A DNA stretch of 21,156 nucleotides from Selaginella moellendorffii. Lineage: Eukaryota > Plantae > Lycopodiophyta. Within the stretch, counting starts at the first letter, position 1, and the number at the start of each line of letters is the position of its first letter. Below the pieces are notes generated by a model. The model ran no database searches. It saw only the letters and a program-made list of their open reading frames with translations, and was not told the origin of the DNA. The translations under genes and the position numbers were made by a program. The DNA lies in the NCBI RefSeq assembly GCF_000143415.4, contig NW_003314281.1, forward strand, positions 1,134,758 to 1,155,913, in the 5' to 3' direction. Of the stretch, positions 1 to 11,630 are shown piece by piece.

Positions 1-539
1 AACTAAGCTGAATGCCAAATAAAGACAAGCACGCAAACAAGAGTTAGACTATGCCTTAGGTTGGTCAACCATACCCAACCTACCCACTATACCTACAATA
101 CATTTGGAACCCCCTATATTCCCCCCACCCCCAGAGAACACATGCTTTGGGCTTTCACCCTTAGCCATCTTTAGTACTAAAAGTTAATTTCTGGAACTAA
201 CTTGAAACTTACTAAATATAAAATGGTGCTAGATTATGAATTTGGACACAAGACTAACACTATTGTGTTCAAAACAATGTCTACATTCCATAGATATGCC
301 AAATTAGCAAATATACATACTTTCCAGAAATAGCAATTGGAATCAAACGATACTAACACAAGGTGTATGATAGCAAAGGTGTTTAGTAGACACGTTAAGC
401 TATTATCTGAGGGACTAGTCTCAATATGTGGGGGTTCCCAACACTAGCAAGTGCAAGTCAACGAATGAGTTTCTCTAACCAGGTCAAATATGCTTGATTA
501 ATAGCACTTAGAAATTCCATCCTTATACTTATTTGGTCA
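1..539 (-). mobile_element. Partial, decayed family-A LTR (older copy A0), left fragment; runs off the window start
   Basis: Colinear with ~5810-6383 of the complete A LTR (e.g. GCTTTGGGCTTTCACCC 144-160 vs 5960-5977; CCTTATACTTATTTGGTCA vs CCTTATGCTCATCCGGCCA). It carries many C>T/G>A changes, and homology stops abruptly at 539. Confidence 0.85.
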
Positions 540-3208
540 TTCGTGATGTGAGTTAGAGGGTAATCTCTTTGTCTAACGCAGATGTGCTACCAGCTCAGAC
601 ACCTTCCGGCCGTCGCTGACAAGGAAATGACCAACGGAGTCAGCCACCCTTGCTGCTCTGGGTGTCACCCAGCTACAAAAGTGTGATACACCCCTGCCCG
701 TAGAGACATAGAGAGAGAAGCCAGAGGCCCCAACCCTCCTGAGCAAAGAAACCAAACCCATCGGTAAGGTTTAGATAGACTACTGTCAACAGGCAGTTTA
801 GAGTTGTTTACATGGTCACGCCCTTTCACGGAATAAGGAACATCGACAGAGAGGCGGGTGATGTGACCAGTCGACAGTAGCTACCCCATGACTAGAGATC
901 TCACCATGCACACGAAGTGCCGAAGCCAGTCTGCCCAGTACTAGCCCAAACTCAAAGATCAATAGATGGACAATATCAAAGTCATAGACAATGATATCTT
1001 AGATACTTAATTATCAGTGAATATATCTTAGATTAGAACACAAAAGTATTCCAAGCAAGTTATCATCCAATAAACTAGTATGATAGGATAGGAACCACCA
1101 AGATCATCATAATTGGTAAACATAGAAATCACCATCTAACAAAATTTAATAGGAAGTAGATCATCAAGGAAACTCAATGATGAAACTTAACTACCGAAAA
1201 TGACAGTTAGCATGTCAAACAACTCATAAAACACAACTCAAAGAACACAAAGTATCATTGACTAACAAGCACAATGCTCACGAATGTATCACCCAAAGGA
1301 AATAACATCCCAATCTATCAGAACGAACTCAAGCAATGATCAATATAACATAATGAATATGGTAGAACCAACAAACACTTAGTCATGCCAACCATCGCAC
1401 CAGCCAAGCTAAATATATCCCGGTCAACAATACGAAGGAACCCAAGTTGCTTTAGCAAGTGTCAGCAACATCCTACTGATGTCTCAAACCCAAGAGACCA
1501 ATCTAGAGCAAACTATAAAGAACATGTAGTATTGCGAAAAGCTATAAGCTATCAAAGAGAACAACTAATCATCATGGAAGATCATCAATCATCCCATCAA
1601 TAAAGAGATGCAAAATCATTGTCTAAGAAGGAATCCACTGTCCCGAAGAAGGGCAAATCATTCTATACCAACAATAATCAAACAAAACTTTTTGACAAAG
1701 ATAATCAACTATCCTAGATGATAGTCAATCATCACCAATGATTGCTAGATGCAAATACTAACTTTAACATCGAAGCTAATGAGCCAAAATGCCTTCCCCA
1801 ACAACTTCAAACAAATGGAACAATGAACATAAAAACTTAAAGAACCAAAAGCTTAAAGAAGCCTATAGCTAAGTCTTTGTCTATAATGATCACAAGTCTT
1901 GCATGAATTAACTTCAATGCTAAAGAAGAAATCATGGTGTAACCCATAACATCTTTCTCAACATATTTATAAGCCAAACTTCATAATGCCAAAACTAATG
2001 AAGAGCACATCTGCATCAATCCAAAAGCTAAGCACAATGGAGCTATGCTTAACAAGTGATCATCTAATCGATCCTCCATGAATCCATTTATAGCAAGACG
2101 TAACTCACTTCATAACAAGCATAAGAAGAATCATCAATGATCGATATATATTCCAACTGAAATCCAATAAGGATTCAATCACTTCAATATCAATCACTAA
2201 CTCTTCTTCTCGTAAAGCTAGTATAGTTCAAGATTAAATCACTTTTCAAAAAAAAGCCCAAGCTCAACCCCTACTAAGCAATCTTATCTAGAATACAACT
2301 AACTCAACTTGTTACTCAGTTCATTTGAACATCAACACAGTTGCTAACTAGCAAATGCATGAATGCCGACAACACAAATCCATAACTAAGTCATCAACAC
2401 TATCTCTATCAAGACTAATGAAACTCAATGTTAATCCTAAGGAGCAACATCTCATCTCACTTGAATCTTAACATCAATAATGTCAATCACTTCAATGTTA
2501 TCAACACCAAAACAAAGCTAGAAGAAAGCAAGAGTGAATCACCAACCAAAACTCTCTAACAACCAAGCTAAGATACTTTAGTTAGTATCCAAGACCAATC
2601 CTTCAGCAAAACTCAGTTTCAGATAACATATCATCAAAGAGTGATTCACCACATCCAAGACTCAATGAAATCCAACACTACAGACTAGATGTAACCTAAT
2701 GATATCAACAGAAGTAGAATTGACATGACAACATGGAAAACCATGCAAGTCCAACAACACAATCCTCCTCAACACCATTCGGTAAAGCAAACCCATCACT
2801 GCTAAATCATCATCAAGTGAAGCAAGTATCAACAGTCTTTGACAAAGTCTACAAGCAATCACTCGTTGCAAAGCAACCAACAATCACTCTTCAACTTGCC
2901 TTCACAAGACTCAACACTAAACTCATATCATTGAGTCATATACTTATCCAATATGAACGTAATACCTCAAATACAAGATAAAAGTTCATGGACAAGCACG
3001 AACTAGATGACCACTCGAATCCAACTCAACCACGATAAGCTCACCAACACATCTAGTCAATAGCTCTGAGTATGCCTTGAAGAGGCTAGCTATGCATGAT
3101 CAACACTCAGTTGAAGCTAAAGTGAAAACCAGGACTCATATCGGTACACAACCTCCTCATAGACAAAGCTATAGTATGGGTACCAACACCTCAAACTCAA
3201 ACAACTAA

Positions 3209-3405
3209 NNNNNNNNNNNNNNNNNNNNNNNNNNNNNNNNNNNNNNNNNNNNNNNNNNNNNNNNNNNNNNNNNNNNNNNNNNNNNNNNNNNNNNNNNNNN
3301 NNNNNNNNNNNNNNNNNNNNNNNNNNNNNNNNNNNNNNNNNNNNNNNNNNNNNNNNNNNNNNNNNNNNNNNNNNNNNNNNNNNNNNNNNNNNNNNNNNNN
3401 NNNNN
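3209..3405. other. Assembly gap (197 N); other gaps at 6821-7177 and 19531-19809
   Basis: N-runs. This gap equals exactly the 197 bp of the paralogous segment 9957-10153. Confidence 0.97.
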
Positions 3406-5355
3406 CTATCCAACTCAATTGCCTTAGCCCCAAAAGTCAGCATCCCTTTCGGGCTGCATCATACAAACTACCTACTAAGGTTTAAGCCAACCGAAGTTAA
3501 CTCCAACCTGTTCATTAGTTTGTACTGGATTACGAAAACGGAGTGGTTTTTGACAAAGTGACCAATAGATCAGCCATTGGAGAAGTCTAAGAAAATTTGT
3601 GGAAAATTTCCATCCTAGAGAAAGAATGACTCTCAATCTAGGAATGCAAACTTTCAAGACTTAACCAACTTCCTCTTACATACAAGTTCACATTGGTTCA
3701 CCTCAACACAATTCTTATGAGCTAACAATATGCTTAAGTTTTGAACATCTATGCCCATCTAATCGATATCCAACACCGACATCCGCAAAATGCAAAATGA
3801 ACATCCAAGGCTTGATCACAAAGACCACATCTTCGGATATCCACATTGCACTAACACTCTTCTTCAATCACCTTCAAGATCCAATGTGAAGCCAAAACAC
3901 TAACAAGAAAAATGACATGGAAAATCAAGGTCCAAGGAAAATTCCTCATCACTTGAAATAACAATGCCATTTCCACTAACACAAGTGCTAGTGATGTCAA
4001 TGCCCCAACTACACATCTTCTTCCATCCAACAATCTACTCCAAGTGCTAACGGATCAACTGACAAGTCATAGCAAGTGAATGCTATAACCCTTTTCCAAC
4101 ACCTAATGGGCAAACTCAAGGAAACAAAGTACCAACTTAAGCTTAGCATAATGGACCACCATTGAGAATCCAGTTAAAGCTACTACAATGCTATTTTGTG
4201 TAAGTAGACTAGCTTCTCCTTCAACCACTTTGGGGTCGATCGTCATTTACCCAAGCAACATCGTAAACACATTGCTCATTATCACATGGATATGATATAA
4301 ATCACAATGACTTGATCATCAATCAAGCAACACTATGAGCAATGCCTATGTCACTATTGCAAAGGTTTATATCAAGTGCCAACTCGATTCGACAAAATGC
4401 AACATAAATGCCACACCCTATCGATAGAGATTTACAATACCTAACACCACTAACTTTTGTTCACGACACGGACAAGCTCATGCCACTCTCTTTCCGACCA
4501 AACTCAACACTAATCCAACACCAAGCTACTCAAGGAGCAATAACAAGGTTCCCCAGAAAAGAATTGAGCATTGCAACCCAAGTCTTTCAATAGCAAGCTT
4601 AGACAAAATGGTATAGCACTTCACCGTTATCCATCCCAAAACTCACCATTGTAAGACCACCATCTCCAACATGCATCAAGATAGAGACTCTTGATTGCAT
4701 GATGTGAACACAAGCAATGGATTAACATCTCGTTGTAGATCATCTCTCCAAGAAGAGAAAATGATTTACGTATTTGATCCTCCGTCCCCGATGACTCTCT
4801 TTTTCGGTCTCATCTTTGACCAAACCTCAAGCTTGCTTTCGCACTGCCTTCAGTTCAATCGAAGAAAAGTTTATGAGAGAGCACGGCCATGACTACTTGA
4901 ACCAATAGACTAATCCCTATAGTCTTGATTGATCCACTTATAATCATGCCTAGGAAAGATCCATTAGTTCCGTGCTAAATAGCTACAGACTAGCTTATTT
5001 GCCACTCACAGCAAACCCAGGGAGGTTTGCTTTTCACCAATGGTACAAGGAACAACTCATGGAAGATAAGTTAACATGAATCCTGCCAACTCAAAGTGCA
5101 ACCTTGAGTTGCTAATATGCCTCACTCACGAGCCCAAGCGAAAACTCGTGTTAACAGAACCACTTATATCCAACTTATGAGCCCAAGCGAAAGCTCATAT
5201 AATTTAGAATGAAAGGTAACCAAATCCATACCCAAGGAACAATTGCAAAGTCTTTGCACCCAAACATGTACCCACTCGGATCATTGTTTTCATCTCTGCA
5301 TATGCAACAAGACTAGTTGCCCAATCTCATTCAATAGTACTCGCTGAGACTCATT

Positions 5356-5366
5356 CTCTGATACCA
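5356..5366 (-). promoter_or_regulatory. Primer-binding site (tRNA-iMet) of copy A1
   Basis: Plus-strand CTCTGATACCA reads TGGTATCAGAG on minus, the canonical plant iMet PBS, 2 nt from the LTR terminus at 5369. Confidence 0.93.
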
Positions 5367-5368
5367 AA

Positions 5369-6540
5369 TGTAGTGCACGTGGTTTTGACCCTTTATCCTA
5401 TGGTGATTTACCATAGGATAACACCACAAAGCAGAACCTAAACCCTCTTTGTGCCACGTGACAGATGCCACATGTCACATACCATGTGTCCATGCCATGT
5501 GTCCATAGGAACCCGAGGTTCAGGGCCTTGGGCCACTGAACGAAGGAACGGTGCCAAACTCCTGAGCACGAAGCCAAGGAGTGATGGAACCGAACCATGG
5601 AGCAACTCCCAAGCATAAAACCCAAGGAGTAAAGGGACAGGAGCCCGAAGCGACTTGGAACAGTCCTAGAGTAACTAACATCCCAATGCTAGGATCAGCA
5701 CCCAAAACGGAGCCAAACGGAGTCTAGTGTTATTTCGGCATATTGGTGGCCTAACGCGAGGACATGGGCACTCCACCAGCTAGCATGGTGTGGAACTTGG
5801 GTTTAGACCCAAGCCGGACGCAGAACAAGGACAGGCACGCAAGCGGGAGCTAGATTATGCCTCAAGTTGGTCAGCCATGCCCGACCTACCCACTATCCCT
5901 ACTATACATTTGGCACCCCCCATAGCCCCCCCCCCCCCCCCCCCCTTAAGGAACACACCGCTTTGGGCGTTTCACCCCTAAAGCCCCCCCTTAGTACCAG
6001 GGAGTCAGGGAGTTAGTCCTCTGGGACAAGCCTTGAAACTTACTAAATATGGAATGTCCTTAGATTGCGAATTTGGACACGGGACGAACACCATTGTGTT
6101 CGGGCCGATCTCTACATTCGGGAGTTATGCCAAATGAGGGAATCTAGACCCTTTCTATAAATAGCATTTAGGACCCAAATGAGACTAACACAAAGGGCAT
6201 GATAGCGAGGGTGTTTGGCAAACACGGTAAGCTATCATGTAGCAATATTGAGGGACTAATCTTAATACACGAGGGTTCTTGTCCAGCCCGTGCAAGACAG
6301 AGTAAAAGAGAACTAAAAAGCCCGGCCAAGTATGCTTGGCTAAATAAACACTTAGGAATTCCGTCCTTATGCTCATCCGGCCAAGTACAGATGCAAAGTC
6401 CAGTTTACTAACACTTGAACAAGAGGGGCTGACAAAGGGTCCAGCAATACCGACCTTCTGCCATCGGGGCAATAAGGAAAGAGTGTCTGTAAGGACTGGT
6501 CGACAGGTAACTTTCGATACCCGAAGTCACATTCGCGACA
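5369..6540 (-). mobile_element. Complete family-A LTR (1172 bp), shared central LTR of a tandem
   Basis: TGTAGTG...CGCGACA termini. PBS adjoins on the left and PPT on the right. A second copy starts at 19042. Confidence 0.9.
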
Positions 6541-6556
6541 CTCTCCCCCCCTTGGG
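6541..6556 (-). promoter_or_regulatory. Polypurine tract of copy A2
   Basis: Minus strand reads ...AAGGGGGGGAGAG directly before the LTR TG. It is preceded by the hairpin ATCGACG-AGGA-CATCGAT (6561-6578). Confidence 0.88.
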
Positions 6557-6766
6557 GAAGATCGATGTCCTCGTCGATGCATACTCGAGTCTAGAATACC
6601 ACCAAGGAAACAACTCCAGAAAAAGTTCACAGTACTCACACTATGTGAGAAATGCACCAACTTAAATGAGTTAGGGGGTAACCTCTTTGTCTAACGCAGA
6701 TGCGCTACCAACTCAGACACCTTCCGGCCGTCGCCGACAAGGAAATGATGTAAGGCTCCTGAGTTT

Positions 6767-6820
6767 GGACTTCCTGGGAGGTCACCCAGCCCAGTACTAT
6801 TCAAACCCAAGGACGCTTAA
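6767..6820 (-). promoter_or_regulatory. 5S rRNA-derived Pol III internal control region (A box/IE/C box) in the Cassandra LTR
   Basis: Minus strand TTAAGCGTCCTTGGGTTTGAATAGTACTGGGCTGGGTGACCTCCCAGGAAGTCC vs plant 5S as I recall it, TTAAGCGTGCTTGGGCGAGAGTAGTACTAGGATGGGTGACCTCCTGGGAAGTCC: 45/54 identical, ungapped. Confidence 0.85.
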
Positions 6821-7177
6821 NNNNNNNNNNNNNNNNNNNNNNNNNNNNNNNNNNNNNNNNNNNNNNNNNNNNNNNNNNNNNNNNNNNNNNNNNNNNNNNN
6901 NNNNNNNNNNNNNNNNNNNNNNNNNNNNNNNNNNNNNNNNNNNNNNNNNNNNNNNNNNNNNNNNNNNNNNNNNNNNNNNNNNNNNNNNNNNNNNNNNNNN
7001 NNNNNNNNNNNNNNNNNNNNNNNNNNNNNNNNNNNNNNNNNNNNNNNNNNNNNNNNNNNNNNNNNNNNNNNNNNNNNNNNNNNNNNNNNNNNNNNNNNNN
7101 NNNNNNNNNNNNNNNNNNNNNNNNNNNNNNNNNNNNNNNNNNNNNNNNNNNNNNNNNNNNNNNNNNNNNNNNNNNNN

Positions 7178-7250
7178 GGAGGTCACCCAGCCCAGTACTA
7201 TTCAAGGGAGGTCACCCAGCCCAGTACTATTCAAACCCAAGGACACTTAA
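7178..7250 (-). promoter_or_regulatory. 5S rRNA-derived segment of the second Cassandra LTR, with a 28-bp duplication at the gap edge
   Basis: 7206-7250 matches 6776-6820 except for one G/A difference. 7178-7205 duplicates 7207-7234. Confidence 0.8.
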
Positions 7251-10200
7251 CCCCAAGTATCCCAAAACCCTTAACCGATTGGAAAAGGGGGTGCACTCTT
7301 ATTCATGGGCCCTTTCCCTCTATATTTGAACCCCAACGGATCGTCTCTCGAGTCGTTCCCTTTGGTTGCTTACAAATGACCAATGGAGTCAGCCACCCTT
7401 GCTGCTCTGGGTGTCACCCAGCTACAAAAGTGTGATACGCCCCTGCCCGCAGAGACATAGAGAGAGAAGCTAGAGGCCCCAACCCTCCTGAGCAAAGAAA
7501 CCAAACCTATCGGTAAGGTTTAGATAGACTATTGTCAACAGGCAGTTTAGAGTTGTTTACACGGTCGCGCCCTTTCACGGAATAAGGAACATCGACATAG
7601 AGGCGGGTGATGTGACCAGTTGACAGTAGCTACCCCATGACTAGAGATTTCACTATGCACACGAAGTGCCGAAGCCAGTCTGCCCAGTACTAGCCCAAAC
7701 TCAAAGATCAATAGATGGACAATATCAAAGTCATAGACAATGATATCTTAGATACTTAATTATCAATGAATATATCTTAGATTAGAACACAAAAGTATTC
7801 TAAGCAAGTTATCATCCAATAAACTAGTATGATAGGATAGGAACCACCAAGATCATCATAATTAGTAAACATAGAAATCACCATCCAACAAAATTCAATA
7901 GGAAGTAGATCATCAAGGAAACTCAATGATGAAACTTAACTACCAAAAATGGCAGTTAGCATGCCAAACAACTCATAAAACACAACTCAAAGAACACAAA
8001 GTATCATTGACTAACAAGCACAATGCTTGCGAATGTATCACCCGAAGGACATAACATCCAAATCTATGAGAACTAACTCGAGCAATAATCAACAGAACAA
8101 ACATTTGTTCATATCAACCATTGCACTAGCCAATTTGAATAGATCTCAGTCAACAATACTAAGAAACCAGAGTTGCTCAAGCAAGCATCAGCAATATCTT
8201 ATTAATGTCTCAAACCCAAGAGACCAATCCAAAGCAAACCACAAAGAACATGTGGTAATGCGAAAAGCCATAAGCCATCAAAGAGAATAACTAACCATCA
8301 TGGAAGACCATCAATCATCCCATCAATAAAGAGATGCATAATCATCGTTAAAGAAAGAATCTACCATCCCGAAGAACAGCAACTCAGTCTATATCAACAA
8401 CAATAATCAAGCAAAACTCTTTGACAAGGATAATCAACTATCCAAGATGATAGTCAATCATCACCAATGATTGCCAGATGTAAATACTAACTTCAACATC
8501 GAAGCTCAATAGCCAAAAATGCCTTCCCCAACAACTTCCAACGAATGGAACAATGAGCATAAAACTCAAAGAACCAAAAGCTCGAAGAAGCCTATAGCTA
8601 AGTCTTGCTTAATAATGATCACGAGTCTCATAGAAGCTAACTTCAATGCTAAAGAAGAAATTATGGTACAACCCACAATATTCTCCTCAACACATCCATA
8701 AGCTAAACTTCATAATGCCAAGCTAATGAAGAGCATGTTTGCATCAATGCAAAAGCTAAGTATAACGAAGTTATACTTGACAAATGATCACCAAAACGAT
8801 CCTCCATGAATCCATCTATAGCAAGACGTAGCTCACATCGTAACAAGCACAAGGGGAATCATCAATGATCAATATATTCCAATTCAAACCTAATAAGGAT
8901 TCAAACTTTCCAATATCGATCACTAACTCTTTCGCTTGTAGAGTTTGTATAGTCCACAACTGAATCACTCTTCAAGGACAAGCTTAAAGCTCAACCCTTA
9001 CTAAACAAATTCGTCGAGAACACAACTAACTCAACTTGCCACTCAGTTCATTTGAACGTCAACACAGTTGCTAACTAGCAAATGCATGAATGCCAACAAC
9101 ATAAAGCTAAAGTCAAATCATCAACACTTTTCATCAAGACTAATGAAACTTAATATCAATCCTAAAGAAAGACATCTCATTTCACTCAAGTCTCAATATT
9201 AACAATGTCAATGACAAGGCATCACTTCAATGCCATCAACACCAGGACAAAGCTAGAAGAAAGCAAGAGTGAATCACCACTCAGAGCTTTCCAGCAACCA
9301 AGCTAACCAAAGTCAAAGATATTATACTTAGTATCCGAGACCAATCCTTCAGCAAAACTCAGTTACAGATAATACATCATCAAGGAGTGAATCACCACAT
9401 CCAAGATTCAATGAAATCCAACACTATAGACCAAACGTAACCAAATGATATTGACAAAGGAATTGACATGCTAACATGGAAAACCCATGCAAGCCACGAT
9501 ATGATCCTCCGCAACACCATCAGGTAAAGCAAGCCCATCACTGCTAAATTATCATCGAGCAAAGCAAGTGTCAACAGTATCTGATGAAGTCTATAAGTAA
9601 TCACTAGTCGCAAAGCAACTAACAATCACTTCTCAACTTGCCTTCACAAGACCCAAACACCAACTCTTGTCATCAAGTTATATACTTGTCCAACATGAAT
9701 GTGATACCCCAGGTACGAGATAAAAGTTCATAGACAAGCACAAACTAAATGACCACTCGAATCCAACTCAACCGTAATAAGCTCACTAAAACATTTAGCC
9801 ACTAGCTCTGAGTATGCCTTGAAGAGGCTAGCTATGCATGATCAACACTCAGTTGAAGCTAAAGTGAAAACCATGAAATGGACTCATATCGGTACACAAC
9901 CTCCTCATAGACAAAGCTATAGTATGGGTACCAACACCTCAAACTCAAACAACTAAGTTCGACATCACCATCCTCAGCCAAGGCACAGTGCCATCAAGAC
10001 CAAGTCAAGATCAGTGAGAGCTCACTACTCTCATAGAGTCTAGCAAAATGCATAGTGAAACCTGCCACCAAACATAATGCTATAAAAGAAAGGCACAAGG
10101 GTCACCCTTCTTAGAAAAACGCATCGGCCACTTTTCTACACCAACTCCAGACTCTATCCAACTCAATTGCCTTAGCCCCAAAAGTCAGCATCCCTTTCGG

Positions 10201-10932
10201 GCTGCATCATACAAACTACCTACTAAGATCTAAGTCAACCGAAGTAAACTCCAACCTCTTCACTAGTTTGTATTGGCTTACAAAAACGGAATGGTTTTCC
10301 GCAAAGTGACCAACAGATCAGCCATTGAAGAAGTTTAAGAAAATTTGTGGAAAATTTCCCATCCTAGAGAAAGAATGACTCTTAGTCCAGGATTGCAAAC
10401 TTTCAAGACTCAATCAATTTCCTCCTACCAACAACTTCACATAGGCTCACCTCAACACAGATTCTTATGACCCAATAGCATGCTTAAGCATCGAACATCT
10501 TTACCCATCTAACCAATATCCAACACTGACATCTGCAAAGTGCAAAATGAACATCCAAGGCATGATCATGAAGACCACGTCTTCGGATATCCACATTGCA
10601 CCAACACCCTTCTTCAATCACCTTCAAGATCCAATGTGAAGCTAAAACACTAATAAAAAAAATGACATGGAAAATCAAGGTCCAAGGAAAATTCCTCATT
10701 GTGAGACACAAAATCCCTAGGCCCCAAAGTGGAGCCGGAAGGGCGCCACATGGTAGTGGCCGAAGCGAGAGCCAAACGAGCGTAACACGTTTGGACCAAA
10801 AGCTCCGACTTGAAAAGTCAAGAGCGGGAGTGGAACTCCCAACGAAGTGCTCGAGGAACGAGCACGAAGCGAGCAAAAGGCAAGGCTCCAAAAAGGGACC
10901 CAAAAGGACCAACACATGACACGTGGGAGTGT

Positions 10933-11551
10933 CCGAGATGGAGTCCGAGATGGACCCGAGATGGAGTCCGAGATGGACCCGAGATGGAGTCCGAGATGGA
11001 GTCCGAGATGGAGTCCGAGGTGGACCCGAGATGGACCCGAGTTGGAGTCCAAAGTGGAGTCCGAGATGGACCCGAGATGGAGTCCGAGATGGAGTCCGAG
11101 ATGGAGTCCGAGGTGGACCCGAGATGGACCCGAAATGGAGTCCGAGATGGAGTCCGAGATGGACCCGAGATGGAGTCCGAGATGGAGTCCGAGATGGAGT
11201 CCGAGGTGGACCCGAGATGGACCCGAAATGGAGTCCGAGATGGACCCGAAATGGAGTCCGAGATGGACCCGAGATGGAGTCCGAGATGGAGTCCGAGATG
11301 GACCCAAGATGGACCCGAGATGGAGTCCGAGATGGAGTCCGAGATGGGGTCCGAGATGGAGTCCGAGATGGAGTCCGAAGTCGAGACCGAGACCGGAACC
11401 GAGACCGGGACCGAGACCGAGACCGAGACCGAGATCGGGACCGAGACCGAGACCGAGGCCGAGGCCAAGACCGAGCCCGAGCCCGAGTCCGAGTCCGAAT
11501 CCGAGTCCGAGTCCGAGTCCGAGTCCGGGTCCGAGTCCGAGTCCGAGTCCG
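10933..11551. repeat. Compound minisatellite in the B 5' LTR: 12/11-bp units, then (CCGAGA)n, then (CCGAGT)n
   Basis: CCGAGATGGAGT and CCGAGATGGAC units run to ~11378, CCGAGA hexamers to ~11472, and CCGAGT hexamers to ~11551. Confidence 0.95.
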
Positions 11552-11561
11552 GAGCCTGAGA

Positions 11562-11630
11562 GGGTGAAAGCCCAAAGCGTTCGTCTCCCAGACCCTGGGG
11601 GGTTTGGTGAGCTCCAAAAGTATAGTAGGG
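11562..11630 (+). promoter_or_regulatory. Putative LTR core-promoter block shared by families A and B
   Basis: GGGTGAAAGCCCAAAGC, then a G-run, then CCAAAAGTATAGTAGGG. The same motifs occur with similar spacing in the A LTRs on minus (92-160, 5897-5977). Promoter function is inferred. Confidence 0.5.

Larger units (their letters stand above)
549..5368 (-). mobile_element. Family-A internal domain, copy A1 (non-coding, LARD-like); its PPT and 3' LTR are missing
   Basis: Colinear with 6667-6748 + 7380-10699 + 18482-19041. It ends at the PBS and LTR at 5356-5369. The ORF track shows only short ORFs here and no recognisable gag/pol motif. Confidence 0.85.
6749..7374 (-). mobile_element. Cassandra-type TRIM (5S rRNA-bearing LTRs); centre lies in an N-gap
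   Basis: TGTAAG...CTTACA inverted termini. 5-bp TSD AATGA at 6744-6748 and 7375-7379. Empty sites at 626-630 and 20592-20596. The same 5S-like segment occurs on both sides of the gap, implying two ~196-bp LTRs. Confidence 0.85.

Noticed and set aside
3117-3443. ORFs spanning N-runs (also 6687-7250 and 19424-19907)
   Set aside because: They are open only because N codons are not read as stops.
6767-6820. Functional 5S rRNA gene
   Set aside because: Only the internal ~54 nt match. The 5S ends are missing and the segment sits within TG..CA termini with a TSD.
7178-7234. 28-bp tandem duplication of the 5S segment as a real feature
   Set aside because: It begins exactly at a gap edge and is likely a gap-filling artefact.
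10933-11551. CRISPR-like array
   Set aside because: Contiguous 6-12 bp units with no unique spacers and no cas genes, in a eukaryotic retroelement context.
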